Part shown: positions 23,340-37,313 of the stretch, in pieces
Position numbering within the stretch: position 1 is the first letter of the stretch
Layout of the letters: each line of letters opens with the position of its first letter
Source: Chiloscyllium plagiosum
Taxonomy: Eukaryota
Assembly (NCBI RefSeq): GCF_004010195.1
Contig: NC_057753.1
Coordinates: 2,838,782-2,887,317, forward strand
Direction of reading: 5' to 3'
Length of the DNA stretch: 48,536 bases
Position numbers and translations under genes: made by a program
Notes under the pieces: generated by a model
What the model was told of the DNA's origin: nothing
What the model saw: only the letters and a program-made list of their open reading frames with translations
The model's database searches: none

Positions 23340-26035
23340 GTGGAGGTGACGGCCTTGTCGTATTATCACTGGACTATTAATCCAGAAACACAAAATCATG
23401 TTCTGGGGACCTGGGTTCGAATCTCGTTAGGGTAGTTGATGGAATTTGAATTCAATAAAATAAATCTGGTTACTGCTGACCATGAAGCCATTATCAATTT
23501 CCGGAAAAACCCACTTGGTTCACCAATGTCCACAAGGGAATGAAATCTGCCATCTTTGCCTGGTCTGGCCTAGTTGCGACTCCAGAGCCGCACCAATGTG
23601 GTTCACTCTCAACTGCCTTCTGAAATGGCCTAGCAAGCCATTCAGTCATGTCATTCGCTAGAAACGCGCGAGAAAGAAAAGGAAACCACTAGTTACCTTG
23701 GAATCGAAGGAGTAAATGGCAAAAACACAAAAAGCCTTGTCGACCATGCAAAATCCTCCTCAGCAACATCAGGGGGCGAGTGCCGAAAATGGGAGAGCTG
23801 TCTCACAGACAAGCCAAGCAACAACCTGACCAAGTCATTCTTATGGAATCATAACTTACAGTAACACTCCAGACAAAACCATTACCATTCCTGCATATGT
23901 CCTGTCCCAATGGCAGGGCAGACACAGCAGAGATAGCGGCACAGTGGGGTACAGATGGAAGGGAGTTGCCCTGAGAGTCTTTGACATCGACTCCGAACTC
24001 CATTAAGTTTCATGGCTTCAGGTTAAATATGGGCAAGGAAAACACTTCCTGGTTGCACGTACCGTGCTACCTCAGCTGATGAATTAGTACTCCTCCATGT
24101 TGAACAACACTTTGAGGAAGTACTGAGGGTGGCAAGGGCACAAAATGTACTTTGGGTGGGAGGTTTCAGTGTTCACCACCAAGAGTGGCTCGGCATCAGC
24201 ATGACTGACCGAGCTGGCCAGGTCGGGATATAAATGCTAGACTGGGTCTGCGGCAGCTGGTGATGCAACTAATAGGAGGAAAAAGCATATTTGACCTCAT
24301 TCTTACAAATCTGCCGATTGCAGAAGTATCTGTCTATGACCGAACGGGTAAAACCCGTCACCATGTGGAGACCAAGCCCCGCCTTCACATTAAGAACAGA
24401 ACCCATCGTTTTGTGTGGCACTATCATCGTGCTGAATGGAACAGACTTCGAATCGATCTGGCAGTTCAAGACTGGGCATGCATGAGGCGCTGTGGGCCAT
24501 CAACAGCAGCAAAACTGTACTCCAGCACAATCTGCAAACTCATGGTCTGGCATATTCCCCCACTCAGCCATTACAATAAAGCCACTGGATCAACACTGGT
24601 TCAAAGGAGAGTGTAGCAGGGCATGCCAGGTGCAGCATCAGGCATACCTAAAACTGAAGTGTCAACATGGTGAGGCGACCACACAGGACAACTTCTGTGC
24701 CAAACGGTATGAACAGCAATTGACAGATAGAGCAAAGTGATCCCGCAGCCAATGGATCCGAAATAAGATCTGCAGTCCATCCACATCCAGTCGTGCATGT
24801 TGGTGGACAATTCAACAACTCACTGGTGCAGGAGGCTCCTCCAATATCCCTTTCCTCAATGATAGAGGAGCTCAGCACATCTGTGCAAAGGATAAGGCTG
24901 ATGCATTCACAATAGTCTTCAGTTAGAAGTGCCGACTGGATGATCCGTCTCGGGCTCCGTCAGTGGTCCACAACATCACAGTATCAATACCCAGCCAATT
25001 CGATTCACTCCACGTGCTATCAAGAAACGACTGGAGGCACTGGATACTGCAAAAGCAATGCGCCCTGGTAATATTCTAACAATACTACTGAAAACACCAC
25101 TCTAGAATTTGCCGCTGCCTTTGTCAACCTCTTCCAGTATAGTTACAACACAGGCTTCTATCTGACAATATGCAAAATTGCCCAGTTACGTCCTGTACAC
25201 CGAAAGCAGGACAAATCCAATCCAGCCAAATACCGCCCAATCAGTCTACTTTCTGTCATCAGTAAGGAGTGGAATGTGTCATCAACAGTGCTATCAAGCA
25301 ACACCGATAGCACTGTTGATCAGGCACACTCACCACCATCTTTGACATTCAACGGTACGACCATCACTGAATCCTGCACTGTCAACATCCTTATGGTTAC
25401 CATTGACGAGATACTGAACTGGACTCACCACGTAAACACAGTGGCTCAAAGACCAGGTCAGAGACGAGGGATATTGCGACAAGTAACTCACCTCCTGGCA
25501 CACCACCTTATGTCTTCCACAAGTCAAGAGTGTGATAGAATACTCTCCCCTTGCCTGGATGGTGCAGCTCCAACAACACTCAAGAAGTTTGACGTCATCC
25601 AGGACAAAGCAATCCACTGATTGGTACCACATCTACAATCAGTTCATGCGTTCACCGCGGGTGCTCAGTATCAGAAGTTTGTACTATATACGAGATGAAA
25701 TAAAGAAATTCACCAAAGATCATTAGACATCACCTTCCAAAACTAAAATCACTTCCATCCAGAAGGACAAGAGCAGCAGATACTTGGGAACACCGTCACC
25801 TGCAAAGTACACTTCAAACCACTCATCATACGCACCTGGATATATGCTGCCTTTCCTTCACAGTCGTTTGGTCAAAATCCTGGAATTCTCTCCCCCCAGC
25901 GTTGTGAGTCAACAAACAGCAAGTAGACTGCAGCGATCCAAGAAGGCAGCTCACCACTGCCTTGTTAAAGACAAATAGAATTGGGCTATCAATGCTGGAC
26001 AGTCAGATAAGCCCAAGTCTCACAAATGAATTTAA
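23340..26035 (+). mobile_element. L2/CR1-clade LINE of a second family with tRNA-like 5' head; endonuclease retained, RT core deleted
   Basis: Head has B-box-like gggttcgaatc (about 23413). Endonuclease-like GKSIFDLILTN and VWHYHRAEW. KIAQLRPVHRKQDKSNPAKYRPISLL at about 25175-25250 jumps directly to a C-terminal segment LTFNGTTI...LNWTHHVN. Confidence 0.8.
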
Positions 26036-26656
26036 AATAATCTGTCACTGCATTTAAACTGAGTACAATGTTCATGGTTGTGATTGCATTCAGAATTTCC
26101 CAATATTGGCATTTAGTTAAGATATTTAGATCAGTGCTGATATGATGATTTTTCGATTTTGTAAAGTATCTGTTTCAACATCAGCCATTAGACGTTGATA
26201 CCAATATGCCATATTTAAATGGTAGGTTTATACTTGACATCAGAAAATTGATTCATTTGTGTAGAAATTATGTTATCGTTTACTACAATGAATGGAAGGG
26301 TTTTTTTTTCTTATTTAAAACATTCCCGAGCAATCATTCTGGGATTGTATCAACAATATTAAGTTTTGGTAACATTTAAAGAGTTTATTCCTATGCACAA
26401 ATAAAGATGCAAACAGAAGGGAAAAGAAACTACAGGAAATTCAGAGGGTACATCGGGTATGGGCATACGGAACATGGATTAATGTTTTGTGCAGCAAAGA
26501 ATGATAGGTACACATACAAAGAGAAAAAAATCAGAGTTCGAAACAGATAGAGACCTCATGCAGAGACAAAGAGTTGCAGGTACCTGTATAAGGAGTTTCC
26601 AAAACCCATTTGGGAAAGATTGGCTCTGATACACTGTGATGTTTTTGTCTGTTGTG

Positions 26657-29600
26657 AAAGCTTGTTATGCATTTTCTATTTTAAAGACTGTATTTGGAAG
26701 GTACACTGGTCTTCTGTGTTTAAAAAAATCAAACTGTAAGTCACGACTGTTAAACGAAATTTTAAGAAAAACGGTCCTTTCGACTGGTTAATTTTGCAAT
26801 GCTGGAGTCAGAATGATACATGAAATTAAATATGGAAGATCTTTCAGATATTTGTCCAAATCGCGTTTCAAATATATACTCCAGCTCTACCAAAACATTT
26901 GAATGGATAAAATGCTAAGAAGTAGAAGGTAAATAGTTTTTACGTGAAGGTGCCATTGCTTGCAGTTTTGCGTCTCTTGTTGTGACTTCAAAATTGTCGA
27001 AGTGGATGTATGTAAGTGTGCAATGCTTATTTCGTGTATTTATAGTAATAAAAATCTCTTATTTCCAACACAATGAAAAAAGGCTGAGTGTCAGTCCAGC
27101 TTAATATTGTAGGCACATTAATGTTTTTTCTCCCCTTTCTGCATGTATTGATGCTTCTCGTGTTGTTAGTACCTCGTTCAAAACTGAAATTGATGAAAGT
27201 ATTGGAATTCCAACGTATGGACAGCATATGATGTCCCCATTAAATCTTTGCCGTAAGGAATTTTATTCTTTCCTTGCACAGTCTTCACGAAGTCTTGCAT
27301 TACGTATCAAATGTGGAATTTGCAATAGTGGTGAAAAACAAGTAAGTGCGAAGTAATTCCATTACTATAATTTTCTCATTCCCAAATTTCTTAAATGCCA
27401 TTCACGTTCTCAATTGCTGATTCGAATGTAACATTTTCATTCACTGTCTCGGGAGTCATGGCTCAAATTGTCAGCCCAGTTTTATTTTGACCCAAAGTTT
27501 TGCAATGGTTATGAAGCTGCATTCAAAACAGCAAGTCAAAGTTGCACGCTCTGCTTCGATAGTGCCTCAGAAGTGACCTGATTGTTAACCAGACAGGAAA
27601 ATTAGCATAAACTGCTGTGGTCACCTTGAAGATGATTTTCACCATTTGCGATCCATGTTCACTGTTAATTAAAGGCATTTTCGGGCAGAGTTATTTAATA
27701 TTCTGCTGGCTACTTCAAATAACCGAAGGCCTCAATATTCCTGATAAGTTCAAATTTAAGCTTATCAGACGCAACAGTCATTCAGCCTGTCAACAACATA
27801 AATCAATACATGTACACTTGCACATGAACACGTGGACTCATTGACTCCAACTATGATGTGTTCTTTAGATAACAGGCAAAAAGAATACCGCAAGTGAAAT
27901 GGAGAAAAGGAAAGACATCCTACAAGCATTTCACATGACTTCGTTTTCTTGTTATACGAGAGGTGCGGAGAAAGAAAGAAAGAAAAACCTGGCGAGTCGA
28001 GGAAAATGATGGAAATACGTATCTGGCAAAATGTCTTTTATCATTTGTCGTTCAAAACATAAGACATTAATGCTGCACACTTGGAACAAAGAGCATTCAA
28101 ACAAAGGTTTTTAACTTTCCTTTTTTTTCAAAGCTGATCTCCTTTAACATTAGAGTCATAAATTCACAGAGATCTAGAGCACAGAATATAGCCCTTCAAT
28201 CCATCATGCCCACGCTGGTGCAAACGACCTTTCTATGCAAATTCCATTTTCCAACACGCGGTCCATAGGTTTGGATGCCATGACATAGAATTAAAAACAT
28301 GGAAAGCGACCCTTCACTCCAACTCCCTCGCACTGACCAGATATCGTTAACCGACCTAATTTGATTGACCAACATTTGTGAACAGTTTTGGGCACCGGAA
28401 ACACGGAGGGTGTGCTGGCAGAGAGGGATTTCTGAGAGGTTTATTTACAAGGATGAAGAGCTTGTCATATGAGAAGCCGACTCTGGGCCTGATTTCCAAG
28501 GTGTGTAGAAGGATGACGGGAAGTTTATTTGAAACAGAATACGGAGAGAACTGGTTAGAGGCAATATGGAGAAGACGTTTTCATGAGTAGCAGAGACTAG
28601 GACGAGAGGACACAACCGCAGAGAGACGGGACTGCCCTTCAAAACTGAGAAGAAGAAAATGTTTATTGTTGGAAGATGTTGGCAAATGAGTGGAATTCTT
28701 TGCCTCAGAAAGCTGTCGAGGTGAGGTAATTGAGTCTTTATCAGAAAGAGACAGATAATGTCTGATTTATAAACTGGATCGAGGATTGCAGGGAGAAGGC
28801 AGGAAAAGGTGCTGAGAAACATATCAGCCATTATCGACTGGTGCTACAGAAGTTTTAAACCGGATGCCTAATTCTGCTCATGGATCTCATTGATATATAG
28901 ACTTATGGCTGGCCTCCAATCCTCCAGTACCTCTAATATGGCCTCAATGGAAGTAACTTTGTTTTTTGCAATGCATTTCTCTTTCTTCCCTTGCTTGATT
29001 TAACCGTCAGAGACGCATTGAATTTTAGTCCTGGGCAATTACCTGTTTTATGCCTGCCAGACTACTCAGTATCTTCTCTGTTCCAATCCTAAATTTGATA
29101 ATTCCTTCACTGACTTTCATGCTGACTTTCTGGCCATCATGTCCATTTCACTACTGAACACTGACGCAAATTATTCACTTTGAATCCGACCAGGATTTTC
29201 TTAGCTATGAAAACATTATTGTTGTGATTATTTATTGTCCTTGTGGTTTCCAGTGTTATCCTTCGATCCTTCATAAACCTGTGCAATAACTTAAAATAGC
29301 GGGACGTCCTGCTGTCGAAACCCTTTTATATCGCTGTTTTAGTCTTCCTAACCTCCTTCTTGAGTACTATCTTGCACATTCTACACTCTTCTGTGTCTTA
29401 TGTTGTCTTGTGCCCGCGGTATACCCAATAATTCTTTTTTTTTACTGAATTTAAACTTCATGGTCAGGTTCACAGGAGCAGATAGGCCTTGTGGTTCCTG
29501 TGTTGAAACATATGGAAGGCTTTTCGGATGGTCAGTGAGAACTCGTTCGGCCAAATGGCCAACTCCCAAACTGTAGGGATTCCATAATTCTCTTCTAATC

Positions 29601-30730
29601 TATGTATTCTCGATTTTCTCCTGTTATGGGAGAGATGAACCTGAAGTATCTGCTTTCAGTCCAATATGGCCAAATCATGTTATCTTCTTAGTTTTGTTTC
29701 TCTTGGACAGTTCACGATCTAAAAAGCGCTCCAACAAATGTGATGGTTTCGTTGTTACTTTTACGTTCTGCCCAAAGGACTACAGTGAGATGAATGTTAG
29801 TCAAAGGGCAGGAGAGTAGGGTGAACAGCTGTGTTTCCACAGAGAACCATGCTGGGAACATTGTATTGTAAAGATTCAGTTACTCAATTTAATTGGGTGC
29901 CAGGGACGAACTACAAAACGAGAACGATACCGATTATTAAAAATCCCTTACTTTGTCAGCGTTTTGGGACTCAGAACTGTGAGCAACGCCTACAACAAAT
30001 GAAACACAAAGTAGGGATGCTACTGAAAATTTTAAATGAAAAGAAAAAATGCTGGAGGTACACTGGAGGACACCCATGACCATTGACTCATGCAGGTCTT
30101 CAGCACAGGACAAAGGGTTATTTTGAACTACCGGGTTTGCACTGATAAAAAGCAAGCAGGTATCCATGCAGATATATACACACACACTTTTTTTCCATAT
30201 GCTCCAGAATGAAGTCATATAGAATTTGAAGAGCAACGTAAGCTTTGAGGTGTGACAGGAATTGAAAATACTACAAATGAAACGTTTCCTGCCTATGAAC
30301 GATCCTGTTGGAAGATGAAGCTAGCAAGAAAGGAACACAAAGTCAGAAGATGGCCAGGAGTGGAAACCTCATCTGAACACAACTGTCAGACAGACAAAAG
30401 CACTAAAATGTCCCGAGCCGTGGAACCTGCCACAGACGATAGCGCATACGTAATAGGCTAAAGCTCTATCTAAGAAGTTTATATCATCCATCACTGTCAG
30501 GCGAGGATAGAAATTCGGAACAGAAAACAATTCATTTCGTTTTAATTTGCTGGTAATATCTCGCCACTTCTGAAAGGTTTGTGCCTCTTCTCTGCTACTC
30601 ACTGCCCCTCAACATGTTTGGCAATCACTTGATTCGAAAATAACGTCTACACAGGGTCTTGAATTCTGTCCTATGTCTGCACGTGACAGAACAGAGCAGC
30701 GAATTTTGATGCATGAGACATTATGTTCCT
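26657..30730 (+). repeat. Segmental duplication copy B (paralogous to about 28-3190 plus 5890-7050)
   Basis: Collinear match to copy A. It lacks the A-specific interval 3200-5870 and about 150 bp corresponding to A 6500-6650. Confidence 0.92.
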
Positions 30731-31249
30731 GGGTTTTCCAGCTCACCCAAAATGTTCAGAAAAACTCTCCCGTCCACCCACCAGATTCATGACTCCCTCC
30801 GCTCCTCTGCATTCTCAAGATTTTTTGGATCAGAGAACAAAAACTTCGGTCAACAGACATTAATGTTTCTGTGCATGCTCCATACACTGTCTGTAACTGC
30901 TTCCTTTCTGGATAAAAAAGATTCACTAGAAGGAACAGTGAGATTCAGTTCATCCTGGCAATGGGAAAACCGCTGACAAACTACAACTATGACAACAGCA
31001 TTTAACACAATTAACAGCATCAACCCTTCCTTGACACTTCAAGTCAGCGTTGACATTCCTCACTTCAAAAGAGTGAGTGCATGCCCGCTCTATTTACCCT
31101 TCAAGAAACTGCAATCGTTTCTGTAAAATGAAAAATGTGAGTGTGTTCATTTTAGCAAACGAACTCAGTGAGTCCAATAAAGATTCATCCCTTTGCCTGA
31201 CATCCTTACTGATGTACCTTGCTTCTTATGAATCAATCTGGAGGATCAG

Positions 31250-31490
31250 ATAGGCATCTACCAGGGCAGTGGAAAAGACAAGGGGAAAATCCGTCTGGAA
31301 GCACAAGGGCAGTAGATCAACGTTCGTTCACTGTCACTGATTCAATATTCTGGAATTTCCTCATTCAGGACATTGTGAGTCAACCTGTGCACTGCAACCA
31401 TTCAAGATATAAGTTCATCAGCACATTCTCAAGTCTAACTATGAACCCAGTGATGCCCATTTCCCACGAATGAATAAGAATAAAAAGAAA
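31250..31490 (+). mobile_element. Degenerate 3' fragment of the L2/CR1-like family
   Basis: caagggcagtagat...ttcactgtcactg...ctggaattt...gatgcccatttcccacgaatgaataa resembles about 25760-26030. Confidence 0.6.
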
Positions 31491-33729
31491 ACTAAGCAAA
31501 AGCTCACCGACATTTGATGGCCATGGTACTTTACGCAGTCAGTTTTTCACGTCAAGTCATTTCCAATGCAAGCAAGATTCACATTTTCCACTGACCTGGC
31601 CACCAGGAAGTACATTAATTCCCATTTGGGGAATGAAGGTTCCCTGCCCTTCTACAACCACTTTTTTTATCCTTTCTTGCCAACTCAGTGAGAGCTGAGA
31701 ATGAATATCTGCAAGAACTATTATTGAGGAACAGGTCAAGAACAAGCCGAGAGGCCTATTGAGAGAGTGAAATTAAAAATGGCCAGTGAGTGATCACGAA
31801 GCACTGACTATTCCGATAGTGGTAGTAGGCGGGTGATGATGACAATGTAGGTGCTACACATGAGCATGCATGCATTTTCTGACAAATCTCAACTATTCAT
31901 TTATAGCAGTACACAGGGCTGACTGGTCTCTTTCTGTGCAGGAGGATCTCTGTATTCACTCCCTGCCTGCCTGTTTTGTTAATCTTCCCATGCAATTTTG
32001 TCAGTAAGATTGCGTGAGAAGATTAACAACAGTCCCAATATTAACAGGGACTGCAGAGGTTTCTGCAGCTGGAATTTAATCAAGCAAAGACTCCTTTTTT
32101 TCATTCTGAGAGCAGGATAGAGGAAATACGAGACAAATATGCTAAGCAGGGCAAGCAGTAGGGGTGCGGCATTGAGAATGGTTCCTTTGCAGCTATCATG
32201 ACTAACCACAATCATGATGGATTCAATGATCATCTGCAATGAAGCAATCATCTAAAAACTTCATTTGAGCGCAATGTTGAGGGCCAGCGCTGTTCTGACC
32301 CACCAGTGAAAGAGACGGAATTCATATGCACGAGAATATTCCTGTTCAGTATCCAGTCCTTCTGACAACTGTTTCCCATTTTACGTGATTTTACACCAGT
32401 GCACGCCCAATTCAACTTCTATCGTGCAAGAATTTCCCTCGAATGATTCTGTTTAAAAACTGGACAAGAACGAAACGGGCTAGCTATGATGAGTAATTGG
32501 CATTCATTATTCGGTCAATATATTCACTTCCTTCAGTTAAAAAGATGCTGAAATTACGAAGGACTGAAATGTCCTGACACACAAATTAGAGGAAGAGTTT
32601 AATATTTTCACTCATACCCAGTGACCTTACATCTCTTTGATTCCATCGGAATTGCTTTGGATTTGGAATAAAAGGAGGAAATACATTTTATTTCGATAAT
32701 TTGCCATCGAGCAATGAACGATCAATCTCTGAGAGGGATTTGAACCCCGGCTGCAGTAGGAAGAGTATTAAATGCCAACTACTCGACCAACAGCGAATTA
32801 ACAACATGCTACCGACATTGTTCTTTGCCACTTGTTTTTTTTTTTCAAAACTAGCCTCTTTGCTCCTCCAGACCTTGTCTTCCCATGGAAATGAAACAAT
32901 TCCGTTATCTGTACCAATAACAATTGCTGTTCCCTCGAACATGATATGTATGCTTTCCATCGGATAGTTGTGAAAGCCTGCATTCTTTGAACTAGATTTT
33001 GCTCACTTCCCCAAATGTGTCTCAGTGTCACACTGTTGTATATGTCCCTGGAAGACCATCCGGGAATGTTTTCAGAGGCTAGGATGCAGGACTTGCTGAT
33101 CTATCCGTAAAGGCGATAAAATGAAAACTGAAGAAAATCTCCTGTTGCATCTATCTTCCTGATATTTTTTTTGTATCGTTTTAATAAGAAATCGCACAAT
33201 GGATGTGACAAAAGGTTGATTTATACATTTAAGACGACACTTTATAACTTCAGCAGAATTGGCGTTACAAGGAAAAGGTGGAATATTGGCAATAACAAAA
33301 TCTCAGAGAAACTGGACAGTCATGTTGGTCTAAGTGATTCCGTCTGAAACATTTCGTGATTCTCAAACCTCCACTGGGAAGTCGCTTGAGATCTGAAATT
33401 GATCCTTTCATCCGCGTCGCCAGTCCTGTCCTTAGTGCTGGTGGTAGGAGAGAGTATAGTGTCAGATTGCTCAAACGTTCCTCATATGTTAAGCCTTACT
33501 TTCCTGGGATCATTCTCGTGACCGTCCACTGGGCACACAGGGTCAATGCATCCTTCCTGAGGTATGGCGCTAACATTGCTCCCAATACTCGAACTGTGGT
33601 ATGACCAGTATCGAAATTTGATCTGATACCGAACCAAGGTTCCTGGCTCTGTGAAGCAACAGTGCTATCAAATTAGCAACTGCGACACAAGTGGATTCGG
33701 GATGAAAAGCCACTTCATGCAATTTGATC

Positions 33730-34010
33730 AGCTGTTTGTCCACATCAATGCAGATGACAGAAATTGAATTCAAGAAAAAAAAAACAGAAATTAAGAGTCT
33801 CATGATGACAGAGAATCCATTATCGACTATTGGAGCGAAATTATCTGATTCATTAATGTCCTTCACAGAAGGAAACTACCATGCTTACCTGGTTTCGCCG
33901 ATATGTAGTCATAGGTTTCTGGAAATCTGTCGATCTCTAAATCAAATATGCACAACAACTCGGGGAGTAAACATATGCAGTGGCCGTGACTTGCCTTGGG
34001 TACATCGGCG
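33730..34010 (+). mobile_element. Degenerate short element homologous to the 5' head of the LINE at 23340
   Basis: ttgaattcaa...tgatgac...ccattatc...ttca.taatgtcc...ggaa...cctgg matches about 23446-23565. Confidence 0.6.
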
Positions 34011-34599
34011 ATCTTAACTACTGTTTCCATGAGTGACACTCAAAACAAGACTTCTCATGAAATTGTGAGGAATTTTCGAGCATTAAACAGGAACAATCAA
34101 CTTTATGCGAATGGATGATGATTGAATATTCAATTGGATTTCGAATAAAATGGTTTTGAAATTGGAGTCCAAAATTGGCGACAGAACAAGAAAAAAACAA
34201 GAATCACAGAAAATCAAACTATTTTCTACAAGGATCAAACAGCCAAGATAATTCGACTGTGTTCTGACATAAATGGTTTCAGGTCAAAGATTGTTTAAAT
34301 AGTTTTGCATTTATTGTAAAACAAAAGTGTTGTGAATGACTGATTAATCATTGTCATCTGGCTACTTCTAGAAGCCCAGAGATTGAAATGTAGAAATTTG
34401 AATGGAATAGAGAAGAAAACAATATCACGAATTTGAGGCACAAATGAAATGATTATGGGGTTTGATGCTATCATGTAAAGGTGTTGAAGACGTCAGATGA
34501 TATGTGGACCTTCATAATGGACGGAATGATCTGGAGGTTCTGGACTTGGTGTGGACAAAACAAAAAGCACACAAGCATCGTATAAGTGTTGGTCTAGGA

Positions 34600-34850
34600 C
34601 CTGGTGTTATATGATTTTTAACTTCATGATAGAAGGATAAAATAGAAGAGCAGGGATGTCTTGCTGCTTTGGCATAGGGTCATATTGAGATCACAGGGTA
34701 TTTTGGCTGCGGAGGGAATGCAACGAATGTTTGCTAGACTGATACCTGGGATAGGAAGGCTATCATATAAAGAGAGACTGGATCAGTTAGAGCTGTATGT
34801 AGTGCCGCTAGGAACAGTGAAGGGCATCTCATCGAAGACTGTGAACATCT
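34600..34850 (+). mobile_element. Old CR1 C-terminal fragment
   Basis: EGMQRMFARLIPGIGRLSYKERLDQLELY in ORF 34661..34945. Confidence 0.7.
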
Positions 34851-35297
34851 GGCAGGAGTCACCAAAGATAATGATTCCAGAACTAAGTCAGTCTCCAAGA
34901 GTCGAATGGACTATTCCTGCTTCAAATTACTATGCTTCTAAATAGACTCCCAACTGGGTTGGGGACCAAATCGCGTTGTGATCACATGCCCTGAATAATG
35001 ATCAGGAGACAGACATCGGCAAAGATTCCCATGAACGTTTCCTTTCTCATCGCAGGTAACCATGAAAATCAAAGCTTTCGGCTTATCTCCATGTACGAAC
35101 CGCTATCGTCTCTGTCAAGAAATGCTACTGGGAAGGCTTCAGGTCTCGGCATATTGCACGCTAAAATATCAAGAAGGTAAATAATTCATTTATCAAAACA
35201 TAAACACCACCTGAGCCACAACGGCTCGGATCTGCTTGTTACGAGGACGTCCATACAACCTAACGAATTAATGAGGTCTCCAGAGCCTGTAATGAGT

Positions 35298-35304
35298 TAT
35301 AAAA
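35298..35304 (+). promoter_or_regulatory. Candidate TATA box of the GPCR gene
   Basis: TATAAAA starting 57 nt upstream of the ATG at 35355, which implies a short 5' UTR. Confidence 0.55.
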
Positions 35305-35354
35305 AGCACAATTTTTCACTGAAATTCTGGACGAGCTCACAGCATCTAATAAAA

Positions 35355-35424
35355 ATGCATGAAGCAGTAAAAGGCCTGCTGTTTGCCATTTACTATCCCG
35401 TAATTGCAGTAATCGGAGTTCCAG
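35355..35424 (+). CDS. GPR139-like: GPR139/GPR142-like class A GPCR, coding exon 1
   Basis: MHEAVKGLLFAIYYPVIAVIGVP is the first half of TM1. It ends at a strong donor CAG|GTGAG (phase 1) and joins in frame to exon 2 (G+CT = Ala). Confidence 0.88.
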
Positions 35425-37313
35425 GTGAGGTACTGTACCTAGTTAGAGACTGCATGAATGTTCGGTGAGCAACATTGAATGAGACACTTTATTAGGAACG
35501 CTTTACCACTTTTCAGGTACTCTCTATCCGAGTTAATGTCTTCTCAATTCACCTTCACCAGTCCAGTGGACTTCCTTTCACTGTGATAATTGTTTTTCAT
35601 CACACTTGCATTACTTCGGTTTTTCAACCTCATGATCTCTGCCACTTCAATCATTTTGACAAAATTTGGCGGGTTTAATCTGTAACTTCTCCACGTTATT
35701 CAAATTCTAAATTCTAAATCACAAGGCTTCTTCATTATTCCCTGCAATTTGATGTTCAGTAATATTCCATCTTCTGAAACGAATGCAATGTCATTGATCT
35801 AATTATGTAATTCGTCCAGTTTAGTGTTGTATCTTGCTCGGTCAATGTAATTCTAATTGGTTCTATTTCTGCAGTGGATTTGCATAATGCGTTCGTGGCG
35901 TCAATTCTATTCTACGTTGGCATTGAATCTGTGCATGTGGGTGAATTAAAGAATGCTTATTGTTGTGCAAATGAGTTCTGTCGTCGCACTGAAGTTTGCA
36001 TTTTATTACCACAGTGCAAATTATGTCGTGTTCTGTAATTCATTTCAGCTGTCCATAATTTGTCACATCGTTCACAGTGTGTAGTTGCTGATTTATTATG
36101 GCATTGACAACTACAGAAAATAAATATAATGATTCAATAATTGAGAAGCATGAACAGTAGAATAATGCATCAATAAATTTAAATATGGAAAATGAAAAAG
36201 GGGAAGCATATGACACCGAGATAATGACCAAATGTCTTTTCAACATCTGTCTGCATATATTTGATCACATTTCCGTTGCCAAATTATCCTGAGATGGAAC
36301 GTGAATCCAAACGTTCCGACCCGAGGTAATGAAGTTACCCCTGCAACAACAACCTGAAATGACTTCTAGATAAGTATTGTGATCATAGCATTTTGATGGA
36401 TCACTGATATATTTTTGCTTTGTTCTCAGCCTCCCCAAAACTCAGTCCTTCAGTATTATTATCCTTCACAGCATTCGCTGTTGTTGAGGGTTCTTTAATG
36501 ACTGGTTTCCTTGCTTTTCATTTTCTCTTCACCCCCCCACCCCAGAAATGCTCACACTCATTTTAATCATATTCTCCAGTTTGAGTAAAATCCTACAATA
36601 GTACGATCTTTCGTAGCCATGATGAATGGATTCTGCCTTTAAGTGTCTACTCAACACTGAAATTATTGAACCAGAAAGTGAAGCGCGTGCATTGGGCGAC
36701 ATTTTAAAAGAGCGTTTCATTGTTTGCACTTTGCCATCTGTAGTTGTACTCCATCCATTCAATGCCGACAAATTCCAATTTATTCCTCTGTGCTGGAGCT
36801 CAAATTTTCAACTGAGCTCCACAAAGCATTTCCTTTTAACAAAATTGAAGATAAAATTATTGTCATTTTGCATTACGCTTGACCTGAATATTTTTTTCAG
36901 CATCTTCAACATCTACTGGTAGTTCAACAATCAATCATTTAAAACATCATTGTTGGGTGTGCAGTGTAACATATTAAATGTCCATGTTGATTTAATTCCT
37001 TATTATCAGTTACACCAGCTTTAGCTAATTCAAAACTTCCTGCACTTTTCTGTACTGTTTCCAAGTCAGTTCTGCCTTCTTCAATGTTAGAAGACATTAA
37101 GCTAATTTTGCAATGTATAGACCTTTGCTGTTCTTTCTCATCTGGATGCTCTGATAAATTAGATAAATAGGTTTGGCGAGATTGCAGCACAATTCACATT
37201 GAAGTTTTGCATCATGAAAGTCTCAAATTTACGAACTATCATTGAAGAAGAATGACTTATTTTGGAATTAAAATTTGTAGCATTCATCTTCTTTCTATCT
37301 CTGTCTGTTACAG

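Noticed and set aside
32688..33031. Overlapping 77-90 aa ORFs in unique-looking DNA upstream of the gene
   Set aside because: No recognisable motifs or convincing splice structure. Lengths are compatible with chance.
35271..35354. In-frame upstream ATGs extending exon 1
   Set aside because: They lie upstream of the candidate TATA box and add no family-like sequence. Not excluded without 5' RACE.
37262..37313. N-terminus MELKFVAFIFFLSLSVT of the 320 aa ORF, which looks like a signal peptide
   Set aside because: It starts at TTG and is the intron polypyrimidine tract. A proper exon 1 with matching phase exists at 35355-35424.
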